A stretch of 64,000 nt of DNA from an uncultured Planctomycetota bacterium (lineage in GTDB: Bacteria; Planctomycetota; Planctomycetia; Isosphaerales; Isosphaeraceae): assembly GCA_963737655.1 (NCBI GenBank), contig CAVTTN010000002.1:4928001-4992000 (forward strand), written 5' to 3'. Shown here in pieces: positions 37,709 to 48,332 of the stretch; positions within the stretch are counted from its first letter, which is position 1; each line of letters opens with the position of its first letter. The translations under genes were made by a program, and so were the position numbers. The notes under the pieces were generated by a model. That model searched no databases. It was given only the letters and a program-made list of their open reading frames with translations, and was not told where the DNA came from.

Positions 37709-38718
37709 AGGCCATCGTCCTGAGCGCCGTCGGCGGTGTCGAGGCCCTGGAACTCCGCGACGTCCCCGACCCGGTCGCCGGGCCGGGGGAGGTCGTCGTC
37801 CTCCTGGAGAGGGCCGCGCTGAACCATCGCGACGTGTGGATTCGCAAGGGGATGTACGCCGGGATGAAGCTCCCGGCGATCCTCGGCTCCGACGGCTTCG
37901 GCCGGGTGGAGAGCGTCGGGCCGGGCGTCGCTCCCTCGCTCGAGGGCCGCTCGGTGGTGATCGGCCCGGGGCTCGACTGGGGCGACGACCAGCGCATCCC
38001 CGGTCCCAAGTTCCGGGTCCTGGGGATGCCCGACGACGGCACCTACGCCCGGAAGATCAAGACGCCGGCCTCGAACGTCTTCGACGCCCCGCCGAACCTC
38101 TCTCCGGGCGAGGCCGCGGCCCTCCCCCTGGCGGGCCTGACCGCCTATCGCGCCCTGGCCACCCGGGCCCAGTTGAAGGCCGGCGAAACCCTCCTGATCA
38201 CCGGGATCGGAGGAGGGGTCTCGGCCATCGCCTTGCCGATCGCCCGGGCGATGGGGGCCCGCGTGTTCGTCACCTCGGGCAGCGACGAGAAGCTCGCGAC
38301 GGCCTCGGCGATGGGGGCCGAAGGCGGCGTGAATTACCGCTCCGGCGACTGGACCAAGGCCGCCCTCTCCCTGATCGGCAACGAGGGGCCCGACGTGATC
38401 CTCGACAGCGTCGGCGGCGAGACGTTCTCCCGGGCCCTGGGCGTCGTCCGTCGAGGAGGCCGGATCGTCACCTACGGAGCCACGACCGGGCCGGCCGACA
38501 AGTACGAGATCACCCGCCTCTTCTGGAAGCAGATCGACGTCCTCGGCACCACGATGGGCAGCCCGAAGGAATTCGCCGAATTATTGAAGCTGGTGGGCGA
38601 TCACGACATCCGCCCGGCCGTCGATCGGACCTTCCCCCTGGCCGAGGCCGCCGAGGCCCACCGCCGGATGGAAGAGGCCGGCCAGTTCGGCAAGATCCTC
38701 CTGGACGTGACCTCATAA
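37705..38718 (+). CDS. MDR-family (zinc-binding dehydrogenase-like) oxidoreductase
   Basis: MKAIVL, AALNHRD, ILGSDG, GIGGGV, VLGTTMGS and QFGKILL motifs. Confidence 0.92.
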   Translation: MKAIVLSAVGGVEALELRDVPDPVAGPGEVVVLLERAALNHRDVWIRKGMYAGMKLPAILGSDGFGRVESVGPGVAPSLEGRSVVIGPGLDWGDDQRIPGPKFRVLGMPDDGTYARKIKTPASNVFDAPPNLSPGEAAALPLAGLTAYRALATRAQLKAGETLLITGIGGGVSAIALPIARAMGARVFVTSGSDEKLATASAMGAEGGVNYRSGDWTKAALSLIGNEGPDVILDSVGGETFSRALGVVRRGGRIVTYGATTGPADKYEITRLFWKQIDVLGTTMGSPKEFAELLKLVGDHDIRPAVDRTFPLAEAAEAHRRMEEAGQFGKILLDVTS

Positions 38719-38835
38719 CGGTCCGCCGCCCTCCGAATCCAAACCTCGCCGAATGGGCCTCTGGGGCCTTCCTTTCGACCCCATTTCCTGGCAAGCTCCC
38801 CCTGGCCCGATTCGCCCGCCGCCGGAGGCTCGACC

Positions 38836-40314
38836 ATGTTCGCCGCCCTCGCCTGGTTCGCTCTCGCGACGATGAACGCCCCGGCCGACCCGGCACCCTT
38901 GAAGGTCTGCCTGGTCTCGGGGTCCGAGGAGTACGATTCCGACTCCTCGCTCTCGGCGTTTCAGGGCCATCTCGAAGCCCTTTATCCGGTCAAGTGCGTG
39001 CTCCTGAAGGCGAAGGGCTTCGGCGAGCTGCCCGGCCTCGAAGCGCTCGACGATTGCGACGTCGCCCTGTTCTTCACCCGGCGGTTGACGATCTCCGGCG
39101 ATCCACTGGAGCGAGTGAAGCGATACGCGCTCTCGAAGAAGCCGATCGTGGCGGTCCGCACCGCCTCCCACGGGTTCCAGAACTGGCTGGAGTTCGACCC
39201 GCTCGTGCTCGGCGGCCATTACACGAACCACCACAGCAATGACCTGGCACTCCGGGCGAAGCTCACGCCTCTCGGGGCGGGCCATCCGGCGATGCAAGGG
39301 GTCAAGGGACTGGCCTCCCGGGCGAGCCTCTACAAGGTTTCCCCGCTGGCCGAGGATTGCAAGGTCCTGTTGATGGGCGGCTCGCCCGAGGGGACCGAGC
39401 CGGTCGCGTGGTCTCGCGAGAAGGACGGCAAGCGGGTCTTCTACACGTCGCTCGGGGCGAAGTCCGACTTCGAGAACGGCACGTTCCGCCGGATGCTGGC
39501 GAATTCCCTGTTCTGGGCCGCCGGCCGGGACGTCCCGAAGGTCGAGCTACCGACCCCGCCCACCCGGACCCGTCCCGAAGGCACGATCTCGTTGACCCTC
39601 CGCACCCGGTCCGAAACCTCGCCCGGCCACTGGGAGGAGAAGGCCGTCACGAAGGATGTGCCGGTGGCCGAGACCGCCATCGTCATCTGCGACATGTGGG
39701 ACAAGCACTGGTGCAAGGGCGCCACCGATCGCGGCGACGTGATCGCCAGGACGATGGCCCCGCTGATCGACTCGGCGAGGAAGGCGGGCGTCCAGATCGT
39801 CCATGCCCCGTCGGATTGCATGGACTTCTATGCCGACACCCCCCAGAGACGCCGGATGCAGCTCGCCCCGGCCGCGACCCCGCCCGCGAACAAGACCATC
39901 AACGAGCCGCCGTTGCCGATCGACGACTCCGACGGCGGTTGCGACACCAACGACCCGATGTACCTGGCCTGGACCCGCCAGAACCCCAGGATCTCGGTCC
40001 GGGAACCCGACGGCGTGACCGACAACGGCGGCGAATGCTTCAACCTGTTCCGTCAACAGGGGATCAAGACGGTGATCGTGATGGGCGTCCACACGAACAT
40101 GTGCGTCCTGAATCGCTCATTCGCCATCCGGCAGATGACGCGGTGGGGGTTCGACTGCGTGCTGGTCCGCGACCTCACGGACACGATGTACAACCCGGCG
40201 ATGAGGCCGAAGGTCCCCCACGAGGTCGGCACGGATCTGGTGGTCGAGCACATCGAGAAGTACTGGGCGCCTTCGACGACGGCCGCCGAGCTCACGAAGG
40301 CCCTGCCGAAGTGA
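38836..40314 (+). CDS. Secreted ThuA-like + isochorismatase (cysteine hydrolase) two-domain protein
   Basis: GGAGG RBS and signal peptide; ThuA-like RTASHGF, EPVAWSR, RVFYTSLG; isochorismatase-like ETAIVICDMWD and GVHTNMCV. Confidence 0.85.
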   Translation: MFAALAWFALATMNAPADPAPLKVCLVSGSEEYDSDSSLSAFQGHLEALYPVKCVLLKAKGFGELPGLEALDDCDVALFFTRRLTISGDPLERVKRYALSKKPIVAVRTASHGFQNWLEFDPLVLGGHYTNHHSNDLALRAKLTPLGAGHPAMQGVKGLASRASLYKVSPLAEDCKVLLMGGSPEGTEPVAWSREKDGKRVFYTSLGAKSDFENGTFRRMLANSLFWAAGRDVPKVELPTPPTRTRPEGTISLTLRTRSETSPGHWEEKAVTKDVPVAETAIVICDMWDKHWCKGATDRGDVIARTMAPLIDSARKAGVQIVHAPSDCMDFYADTPQRRRMQLAPAATPPANKTINEPPLPIDDSDGGCDTNDPMYLAWTRQNPRISVREPDGVTDNGGECFNLFRQQGIKTVIVMGVHTNMCVLNRSFAIRQMTRWGFDCVLVRDLTDTMYNPAMRPKVPHEVGTDLVVEHIEKYWAPSTTAAELTKALPK

Positions 40315-40691
40315 GGGGCGACCTCCTGTTCGCTTACGGGACGCTCGGGCCGTCCGAAGGCGACCCGGGCGAGTGGTCGGAGGACGCGATCCGCGGCCGG
40401 CTCTTCGACCTCGGGCCGCATCCCCTGCTCGTCGGTTGGGACGACCCGTCGGCCGGATGGGTCGCCGGGCACGTCCGGCCGGTGGATCGGGCGGAGATGG
40501 AGGGCGAGCTCGACGCCTACGAGGGCGTGGCGGAGGACTATTTCCGCCGCGTCCGGGTCGAGGCACGCTCGGGCCGGACGGTCTGGGTTTACGTCTGGCC
40601 CCGCCCGGTGCCACAATATGCCCGGGGGCCCCTGGACCGCTGGGACGGCCCCCGACGCGACCGCCCGACGCGACCCCCTTCGACCCCTTGA
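40311..40691 (+). CDS. Gamma-glutamylcyclotransferase (AIG2-like) family protein
   Basis: LFAYGTL, RGRLFDLGPHP, LDAYEG..YFRR and VWVYVW motifs; GTG overlaps the upstream stop (GTGA). Confidence 0.85.
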   Translation: MRGDLLFAYGTLGPSEGDPGEWSEDAIRGRLFDLGPHPLLVGWDDPSAGWVAGHVRPVDRAEMEGELDAYEGVAEDYFRRVRVEARSGRTVWVYVWPRPVPQYARGPLDRWDGPRRDRPTRPPSTP

Positions 40692-40710
40692 TCCGTTTCG
40701 GAGGCCCCCC

Positions 40711-42405
40711 GTGGCGACCGCGACCCCTTCGACCTCGACCGACGACGCGCCCGCCGAAACCCCCGCCGTGACCATCGGCGAATACCTGATTCAGCGGCTG
40801 CACGACCTGGGCGTCGGGCACATCTTCGGCATCCCGGGGGACTACATCCTCGGCCTGTACAAGATGCTGGAAGCCAGCCCGATCGAGCTCGTGGGCGTGA
40901 CCCGGGAAGACTCGGCCGGGTTCGCGGCGGACGCCTATGCCCGGGTCAACGGCATCGGCTGCGTGGCCGTGACGTATTGCGTGGGCGGGCTCAGCCTGTG
41001 CAACTCGATCGCCGGGGCGTTCGCCGAGAAATCGCCCGTGGTCGTCCTGGGCGGCTCCCCGGGGATGAACGAGCGAGATCGGAACCCCTTGCTCCATCAC
41101 AAGGTCAAGGGGTTCGAGACGCAATTCGAGGTCATGGAGAAGCTCACCGAGGCGTCGGCCGTCCTGGACGACCCGCTCACGGCGTTCGCCGAGATCGACC
41201 GCGTCCTGGCGGCGGCCCAGCGGTTCAAGAGGCCGGTCTATCTCGAGATCCCCAGGGACATGGTCACGGCCCGCCAGGTGATCCCTCACCGGACCCACTC
41301 CGCCCTGCCGCCGAGCGACCCGGACGCCCTCCGCGAAGCCCTGGACGAAGCCTGCGCCCTGCTCTCCCGGGCCCGCCAGCCGATGATCCTGGCCGACGTC
41401 GAGATCCACCGCTTCGGCCTCCAGGATGAGCTGATCGCCCTGGCCGAGGAGGCGCAGCTGCCGATCGCCACGACGATCCTGGGCAAGAGCGTCGTCTCCG
41501 AGGCCCATCCGCTGTTCGTGGGCGTTTACGAAGGGGCGATGGGCCGAGAGGAAGTCACCGCATACCTGGAAAACTCCGACTGCCTGCTGATGCTCGGCTG
41601 CTTCTTGACGGACATCAACCTCGGCATCTTCACGGCCAACCTCGACCCGTCGAAGTGCATCAACGCGACGAGCGAGGACCTGCAAATCCGCCACCACCAT
41701 TACCGGGAGGTCCGGCTCGACGACTTCATGAGCGGCCTCCGGCAGAGGGGGCTGAAGCTCCCCAAGCCGAACCCGCCGGCCCGCCCGGCCGCGCCGAAGG
41801 GGCCGTGGAGCCCGTCCCCGGACACGGCGATGACCTCCGCCCGCCTCTTCAGCCGCCTCAACACGCTTTTGGACGACTCGATGGTCGTGATCGCCGACAT
41901 CGGCGACGCCCTGTTCGGCTCGGCCGATCTGGTGATGACCCGGAGGACCGAGTTCATCAGCCCCGCGTACTATACGTCGATGGGATTCGGCGTGCCGGCC
42001 GCCCTGGGCGCGGGGATGGCGAATCGGTCGCTCCGCCCCCTGGTCGTCGTGGGGGACGGCGCCTTCCAGATGACCGGGATGGAGCTCTCGACGATCGTCC
42101 GCCAGAAACTGGCCCCGATCGTCGTCGTGATGAACAACAAGGGGTACACGACCGAGCGGTTCCTGCTCGAAGGCTCGTTCAACGACATCCAGAACTGGCA
42201 ATTCCACAAGCTGCCGGAGGTCTTCGGGGCCGGGCTCGGCCTGGAGGTCCACACCGAGAGCGAACTCGACGCCGCCCTGAATCGGGCCGTGGCGAACACC
42301 GAGAGCTTCACGCTCTTGAACGTCCATCTCGACCCGCTCGACCGAAGCCCGGCCCTCGATCGCCTGGCGCAGAAGCTGGCGTCGAGGGTCCGGGGGGATC
42401 ACTAA
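40711..42405 (+). CDS. TPP-dependent alpha-keto acid decarboxylase (pyruvate/indolepyruvate decarboxylase family)
   Basis: IFGIPGDY, REDSAGFAADAYAR, LLHH and GDGAFQMTG...MNNKGY TPP motif. Confidence 0.93.
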   Translation: MATATPSTSTDDAPAETPAVTIGEYLIQRLHDLGVGHIFGIPGDYILGLYKMLEASPIELVGVTREDSAGFAADAYARVNGIGCVAVTYCVGGLSLCNSIAGAFAEKSPVVVLGGSPGMNERDRNPLLHHKVKGFETQFEVMEKLTEASAVLDDPLTAFAEIDRVLAAAQRFKRPVYLEIPRDMVTARQVIPHRTHSALPPSDPDALREALDEACALLSRARQPMILADVEIHRFGLQDELIALAEEAQLPIATTILGKSVVSEAHPLFVGVYEGAMGREEVTAYLENSDCLLMLGCFLTDINLGIFTANLDPSKCINATSEDLQIRHHHYREVRLDDFMSGLRQRGLKLPKPNPPARPAAPKGPWSPSPDTAMTSARLFSRLNTLLDDSMVVIADIGDALFGSADLVMTRRTEFISPAYYTSMGFGVPAALGAGMANRSLRPLVVVGDGAFQMTGMELSTIVRQKLAPIVVVMNNKGYTTERFLLEGSFNDIQNWQFHKLPEVFGAGLGLEVHTESELDAALNRAVANTESFTLLNVHLDPLDRSPALDRLAQKLASRVRGDH

Positions 42406-42463
42406 AGCGGTTTTCGATCGGATGTGGCGGTCCGCGGGCCGATGGAGGTTGAGGACGGCCTCA

Positions 42464-45055
42464 TCACGTCGGCGGGACGGTCGGGCCCTTGTGATTGATC
42501 TTGCCGGTGAAGGTGCCGTTGGGGAACTTCTCGCGCTGGAAGACGTTCTTGCCGAGAGTATACGTCTTGCCCGTGCCATCCTTGCTATTGGCCCGGTCGC
42601 CGACCTGGACGATATGCTTCGGATGGAAGAAGTTGTGGGTCCTCACGGCGAACGCCTTGACCGGCAGGAACTGCTTGTGGGCGGCGAAGGGGGAGAGCGG
42701 CTTGTACTTGAGCTTGACCAGGGTGCTCTCCTGGGGCACGAGCCGCTCGCCATTGGGCAGGGTGGCGTTGCCGACGCCGGGGAACCCGAAGAAGGGGGCG
42801 CTCCTCGTGGCGGGGACGCCGCCGGAGCCTCCCCCGGTGGACGAGCCGACCACGGTGACCGTCGCCGTCCCGGTGTACCGGCGGCCCGGCGTGGGGCTGG
42901 TCGCCAGGGTCCGGGCCGCCACGGTGAAGGTGGTGGTCCCGTTGGCCAGGCCCAGGAGCGACCTCGGGCTGAAGGTGAAGTACGCGTCGGGGATGCCGTC
43001 GCCGTCCTCGTCGATGTCCTGGGTCCAGGTGGTCGGGTCGGGCAAGGGGATCCCGTTGAGGGTGATGGTGGTGGGGTCGATGTCCCGGAACGGGTTGAAT
43101 CCGGGCGTGTTCGAGCCGCCGCTGAGGACGTAGACCTTCAACGCGTCGGGCGTGGTGGCGTTGATCTGGAACGGGGGCAACGGCTGGCCGACGCCGATCG
43201 GCGAAGTGATGGCCGTGGAGACCACGTTGGGAAGGGGCAGGAACGCCCCCTCCAGGCCGAAGACGCCGCCGGCGTTGACCCGCGACGAGTTCAGCCCGTA
43301 GCCCGCCGCCCCGACGATCAGGTCGCCCACGGCGTCGGCGTCGAGCGTATTGCCCTGGCCGTTGGTCACGAGCCGGCCGCTGACGGAGGTGCCCAGGAAG
43401 TTGCCCGTCCCGGCCGGCTGGCTGAGCCCGATCATCAGCCCCTGGATCGGCAGCGACTCGGTCGACGTCAGGTTGAAGGTGCCGGCGAGGTCCGGGTTGC
43501 CGGGGATCAGGTAGACCACCCCCTGCATGGCGTTCGCCCCGGGCGAGCCGATGGCGATCTCGTTGATCGTGTCGTTGTTGATCCGCCCGGTCGCCGTGAC
43601 CGAGAAACCGGCCAGGGACCCGGCCGTCGCCCCGTCGAATTCCACGTTGTTGATCGACTGGGGGATGGCGCTCAGCGGGATCGACCCGGTGATCAGGCCC
43701 GGGGTCGTCGGGGTCGCCGAACGGCCCTCGATCAGGTTGACCCGGCCGGCCAGGGCGTTGAAGCCGGGCGAGCCGATCAGGAAGTCGGCGAAGCCATCGT
43801 TGTTGAAATCCCCCGCCGAGGCGACGGAGAAGCCGGTCTGGTCGCCGACGGCGGCCCCGGTGAACACGGCCCCGGTCACCGTCGATCCCACGAGCCCGAG
43901 GTTGATCGAGCTGAAGCCGCCGACGGTGGTGGCGGCGCCGGCCAGGCTGGTCGTGGCGTAGACCAGGTACGCCTCCCCGGCGCCGACGTTGAACTGGGGC
44001 GCCCCGATCAGGAGGTCCGTCTGGGCCGTGGCGTTGACGGTCTGGCCGCCGACGTTGCCGGCCGAGGCGATCGAGTACCCGGCGGCATCCCCGCTGCCGG
44101 CCCCGGAGAAGACGATACCCGGCGTGTTGGTGGCCCCGCCCTGGCCGACGGTCGCCAGCGAGATGGTCTGGGTCCTCGCCGGCCTCAGGGTCACCCCCGA
44201 GATCACGTACACCGCCCCGCTCCCGGGCAGGGCGTTGACCGTGGCGTTCGGGGCGCCGATGGCGATATCCGGCAGGCCGTCGGCCAGGATGTCCCCGGCC
44301 GAGGCCACGGACCGGCCGACCGCGCCGTTGGCGACGGTGTTCGTGAATGTCAGGATGTTCAGGTCGGTGTTGGCCGTGGGGTTGTCGAAGTCCACCTGCT
44401 TGTTCGCGCGGGCGGACAGCGCCGGTCCTCCGTAGACGAGATAGGCGCGTCCGGCGGCGTTGGCCGCCCCGCTGGCGTCGTTGGCCCCCGGGGCCCCGAT
44501 CAGGAAGTCCGCGTAGCCGTCGCCGTTGATGTCGCCGAGCGCGGCCACCGAGGCCCCGATCGCCGAGGTCGCGTTCTGGCTCGTCAGGAACGTCAGCCCG
44601 TTGTACGACAGGCCGGGCGTGCCGTTGACCGGGTTATTCTGGGTGGGGTTGCCGAGCGAGAGGAGGTCGCCGGTCCTCTGCTGGGCCGTCAGGGTCCGGA
44701 AGTCGATGGTCTGGGCGTTGACCTGGGCCGACCCGAAGACCAGATAGGCCCGCCCGGCCGATCCGCTGCCCAGGACCAGGCTGCCGCCGCTGCGGATGAT
44801 GGACGGGGCGCCGATCAGGAAGTCGTCGAATCCGTCGCCGTTGACGTCGCCGACCTCCGCCACGGAGAACCCGGCCCCGCCGTTATTGTTGCCGCCGGCC
44901 TCCAGGACGCCATAGGGGCCGGGTCCGGCGGCGGTGTCATTGCCGGGATAGTTGGTGAGGTCGATGGCCAGGAGTTGCCTCGCCTCGAGCCGCTCGCCCC
45001 GGGGGCGGAAGCCGGTCCGCCGTTGCTTGCCTAGTCCGTCAGTGCCTGACCGCAT
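42464..45055 (-). CDS. Extracellular FG-GAP/integrin-alpha beta-propeller repeat protein with planctomycete LEPRxLL-type N-terminus
   Basis: GGAGGAGGG RBS; RPRGERLEARQLLA; about seven GFSV..GD.NGDG..D.LIGAP repeats; basic C-terminus. Confidence 0.9.
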   Translation of the reverse strand: MRSGTDGLGKQRRTGFRPRGERLEARQLLAIDLTNYPGNDTAAGPGPYGVLEAGGNNNGGAGFSVAEVGDVNGDGFDDFLIGAPSIIRSGGSLVLGSGSAGRAYLVFGSAQVNAQTIDFRTLTAQQRTGDLLSLGNPTQNNPVNGTPGLSYNGLTFLTSQNATSAIGASVAALGDINGDGYADFLIGAPGANDASGAANAAGRAYLVYGGPALSARANKQVDFDNPTANTDLNILTFTNTVANGAVGRSVASAGDILADGLPDIAIGAPNATVNALPGSGAVYVISGVTLRPARTQTISLATVGQGGATNTPGIVFSGAGSGDAAGYSIASAGNVGGQTVNATAQTDLLIGAPQFNVGAGEAYLVYATTSLAGAATTVGGFSSINLGLVGSTVTGAVFTGAAVGDQTGFSVASAGDFNNDGFADFLIGSPGFNALAGRVNLIEGRSATPTTPGLITGSIPLSAIPQSINNVEFDGATAGSLAGFSVTATGRINNDTINEIAIGSPGANAMQGVVYLIPGNPDLAGTFNLTSTESLPIQGLMIGLSQPAGTGNFLGTSVSGRLVTNGQGNTLDADAVGDLIVGAAGYGLNSSRVNAGGVFGLEGAFLPLPNVVSTAITSPIGVGQPLPPFQINATTPDALKVYVLSGGSNTPGFNPFRDIDPTTITLNGIPLPDPTTWTQDIDEDGDGIPDAYFTFSPRSLLGLANGTTTFTVAARTLATSPTPGRRYTGTATVTVVGSSTGGGSGGVPATRSAPFFGFPGVGNATLPNGERLVPQESTLVKLKYKPLSPFAAHKQFLPVKAFAVRTHNFFHPKHIVQVGDRANSKDGTGKTYTLGKNVFQREKFPNGTFTGKINHKGPTVPPT

Positions 45056-45467
45056 GGGAGACTCCCTCCTCCTTAGGCAGACGACGCGCGTCCGACGCAC
45101 GCCCCGGAACCGGACCCGGGCGGTGGTCTCGCCCCGGTGCCTCGCGACCCTTCGACCGCTTCGGGGAGGCGCCCGACGGGCGGGGCCCTCCCCGTGACCC
45201 TGGCTTTTTCGGCCCCCCGGCACGGCCGAATCCACCCAAACCCTTGCGACTGGCCGGGAAACAACCGTGCCGGGCCGTCGCTTTCGAATTAACCCTCATT
45301 CCCGTCACGACCGATACCTAGGGCACACGGTCATCCGTCCGCATCTTCCCGCCCGCGCCGACCCGGCGACCCCGGGGCGGGGAGATTGGTAATAGGCCCG
45401 TCCCGGCATCGCCGCCGAGTGCGACGCCCGCCCGGTCGGGGATGGTCCGAGTCAGGAGGACTCGCCG

Positions 45468-48332
45468 ATGTCTCGCCCGCTGCCCGCCCCCCGTCGCCTC
45501 TGCCCCCGCCCCCTCCGCGTCGCCCTGGCGGCGCTGGCCCTGGGGCTGGCGACCGCCCCGAATTTCGGCTGCGGGCGCGAGTTCTTCCGCCAATGGGCCG
45601 ACCAGGACGTCTCCGAGGCCGTCTTCGAGAAGTCCCGAGACCCCCGATGGCGGCTCGACCTCTTCTCGATCGAGCCCCCCGCCCTCGCCCGGTTCGCCGA
45701 CCCCTACGACGTCGATCGGCCCCCCGCGCCGCCCGACGACCACGCCACCGAGGCCCTCGCCCCCACCCCTCAGTGGCCGCAATATCGCCTGATGATGCCC
45801 CTGGAAGGGACCGGCTACCTCGACCAGTTGGCCAAGGGCCGGCGGTACGACGCCCCGCCGCCCGAGCCGGCCGAGCCCAACAGCGAGGCCCCGGCCTACC
45901 CGGCCACTCCACCCGGGGCCCCGCCGCCCCCGGCCCCCGACGGCGCCTCGCCGTTCATCCCTCCGGGGAATTCCGGGACGGGCGCGCCCGGGATGTCGCC
46001 GAATTCACCGTCGGCACCGCCCTCGGTCCCGCCGACGCCGTCCTCCTCTCCTCCCCAAGCCCGAACCTCGCCGAAGGATAAGGGCGTGCTCCTCACCGCC
46101 TTCCAGGTCCCGTCGCCCAACCCGAACCCGCCGGCCGCCCCGGGCCTGCCGGTCCGGCCCGGCGACCCCCAGACCTCGGGCACGCCCTCGATCCCTCCGG
46201 CCCCGACGACCCCCGCCCTGCCCGTGAACCCCGCCGCGCCCAATACCAGCGACCTGGTCGCCCCCGGCGGAGGCCCCGGCACGGCCCCCCCGAGGCGGCC
46301 GGCCGGCGAGCGGATCGGCGGGACCCAGACCGACCTCGACCCCCAGCCCAATGAGAACGCCAACATGGGGACGGGGGTCCGCCGCGGCGACCTGAGCCCG
46401 GAGGAACGCAAGGCCGCCGTCTCGGGCTCGGCCGGCTTCGCCGCCCTGCTGACCCCGGGCGTCCTGGACTTCAACGAGGCCCTGGCCTCCGGCTACCCGG
46501 CCGATAGCCGGCCCTACATCGTCGGCCCGGCCGAGGCCCTCCAGCTCGCCCTGACCAACAGCCGGGCCTATCAGTACCGCCTGGAGAACCTGTACCTCAC
46601 CTCCCTGACCTTGACCCTCTCCCGGTTCCAGTTCACCCCGCAGTTCTACGCCGGCCTCAGCCCGACGACCTCGCCGACGTTCCCCCGCGGCACGATCGTC
46701 CAGAGCTTCCCGAACTCCTTCGCCTACCGGACCAAGGAAGCCCAGGGCGGCCAGGCCTCGACCCTCAGCCTCGGCACGGCCGTCGGCTTCGGCAAGCTCC
46801 TCTCCTTCGGCGGGACCGTCGCCGGCGGCTTCGCCAACCAGATGGTCTTCAACTTCCTCGCCAAGAACCCGAGGCAGCCGACCGTCGCCTCGTACCTGCC
46901 CCTGAACGTGGTGATCCCGTTCCTCAGCGGCGGGGGCCGGGCGGTGACCCTGGAGGGGCTGACCCAGGCCGAGCGGAACCTCGTGTACGAGGCCCGCAAC
47001 CTCGCCCGGTTCCGCCAGGATTTCGTCCCGTACATCCTGACCAGCACCAACAACGTCGATATCACCGGCGGCACCGGCCCCAACGCGACGGACCCGAACA
47101 TCGGCTACCTCAACGTCCTCCTCCAGCTCCAGGACGTGGAGAACGACCGCCGGACGGTCGCCGCGTATGAGCGGGTGCTCAAGCTGTACCTGGAGTACGT
47201 CAAGGGGTCGGCCAGCTCGGGCATCTCGCAGATCCAGGTGGACCAGGTGGCCCAGAGCCTCCAGGCCCGCCGCCAGACGCTCCTGTCCGACGAGCTCCAG
47301 TACCGCCAGGTCATCGACCAGTTCAAGTACCAGCTCGGCCTGCCGCCGGACGTCCAGATGATCCTGGACCGCAGCCCGATCGGCCCGTTCCGCGACGTCT
47401 TCAACAAGCTGGAGGAATGGTCCGCCCGCGACGACCACGACCCGGCCGACCTGCCCGGGATCATCGACGGCCTGCCGAAGCTGGAGACGATCGTCCTCGA
47501 CGGCCGGAACCTCTTCGAGTACCGCAAGACCGGCGACGAGGTGAAGCTGATCCCGGTCTATGCCGAGGCCGAACGGCTCCAGGACTTCCTCCTGACCTGC
47601 GAGCGGATCGCCCTGGAGAACCGCCTGGACCTCATGAACACCCGGGCCCAGCTCTACGACGCCTGGCGACAGATCGCGGTGCAGGCCAATGGGTTGCGCG
47701 GGATCTTCAACGTCTCTTTGACCAACACCTACACCACCCCGCCGACGACCAACAACCCCTTCGGCTTCCTCGACCAGGCCAAGCAGTTCAACCTGATCCT
47801 CAACACCGAGCTGCCGTTGATCCGGGTCTCCCAGCGGAACGGGTTCCGCCAGGCGCTGATCACCTACCGGCAACAGCAGCGCGTCCTGATGAATCGGGAG
47901 GACGCAATCAAGTATCAGGTTCGCAGCGAGGTCTACAATCTGATACAGTTGGCGGAGACGTTCGAGCTCCAGAAGCCGAACCTGTTCTACACGATCCGCC
48001 AGCGGGACAACACCCTCCAGTCGATCATCGCCCCGCCCGCCTCGATCGACGCCAGCGGCAGCAACGCCGCCAATCAGGCGACCCAGACCAACAACCTGAT
48101 CACCTCGATCACGAACATCCTGACCATCCAGAACAGCCTGCTGCAGACCTGGGTGTCATTCCAGACTCAACGTCTGTCCCTCTACCGTGACCTCGGCTTG
48201 ATGCCCTACGATGAATGGGAGGCCTTCTATGAATTTTTCCCTTCAAACAACGCCGGGGGAGGCCAGCCCGCCCCCCGCGACGGCCGATCTGCCGGCGGCG
48301 GAGCGGCCCTCGCCCCGGAAGCGGGGCGGTAA
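45468..48332 (+). CDS. Planctomycete TolC-like outer-membrane efflux lipoprotein
   Basis: AGGAGG RBS; lipobox NFG-C; Pro-rich insertion; ALQLALTNSRAYQ..E.LY and ALENRLDLMN.RAQL OEP-like repeats; first gene of an MFP-ABC operon. Confidence 0.8.
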   Translation: MSRPLPAPRRLCPRPLRVALAALALGLATAPNFGCGREFFRQWADQDVSEAVFEKSRDPRWRLDLFSIEPPALARFADPYDVDRPPAPPDDHATEALAPTPQWPQYRLMMPLEGTGYLDQLAKGRRYDAPPPEPAEPNSEAPAYPATPPGAPPPPAPDGASPFIPPGNSGTGAPGMSPNSPSAPPSVPPTPSSSPPQARTSPKDKGVLLTAFQVPSPNPNPPAAPGLPVRPGDPQTSGTPSIPPAPTTPALPVNPAAPNTSDLVAPGGGPGTAPPRRPAGERIGGTQTDLDPQPNENANMGTGVRRGDLSPEERKAAVSGSAGFAALLTPGVLDFNEALASGYPADSRPYIVGPAEALQLALTNSRAYQYRLENLYLTSLTLTLSRFQFTPQFYAGLSPTTSPTFPRGTIVQSFPNSFAYRTKEAQGGQASTLSLGTAVGFGKLLSFGGTVAGGFANQMVFNFLAKNPRQPTVASYLPLNVVIPFLSGGGRAVTLEGLTQAERNLVYEARNLARFRQDFVPYILTSTNNVDITGGTGPNATDPNIGYLNVLLQLQDVENDRRTVAAYERVLKLYLEYVKGSASSGISQIQVDQVAQSLQARRQTLLSDELQYRQVIDQFKYQLGLPPDVQMILDRSPIGPFRDVFNKLEEWSARDDHDPADLPGIIDGLPKLETIVLDGRNLFEYRKTGDEVKLIPVYAEAERLQDFLLTCERIALENRLDLMNTRAQLYDAWRQIAVQANGLRGIFNVSLTNTYTTPPTTNNPFGFLDQAKQFNLILNTELPLIRVSQRNGFRQALITYRQQQRVLMNREDAIKYQVRSEVYNLIQLAETFELQKPNLFYTIRQRDNTLQSIIAPPASIDASGSNAANQATQTNNLITSITNILTIQNSLLQTWVSFQTQRLSLYRDLGLMPYDEWEAFYEFFPSNNAGGGQPAPRDGRSAGGGAALAPEAGR

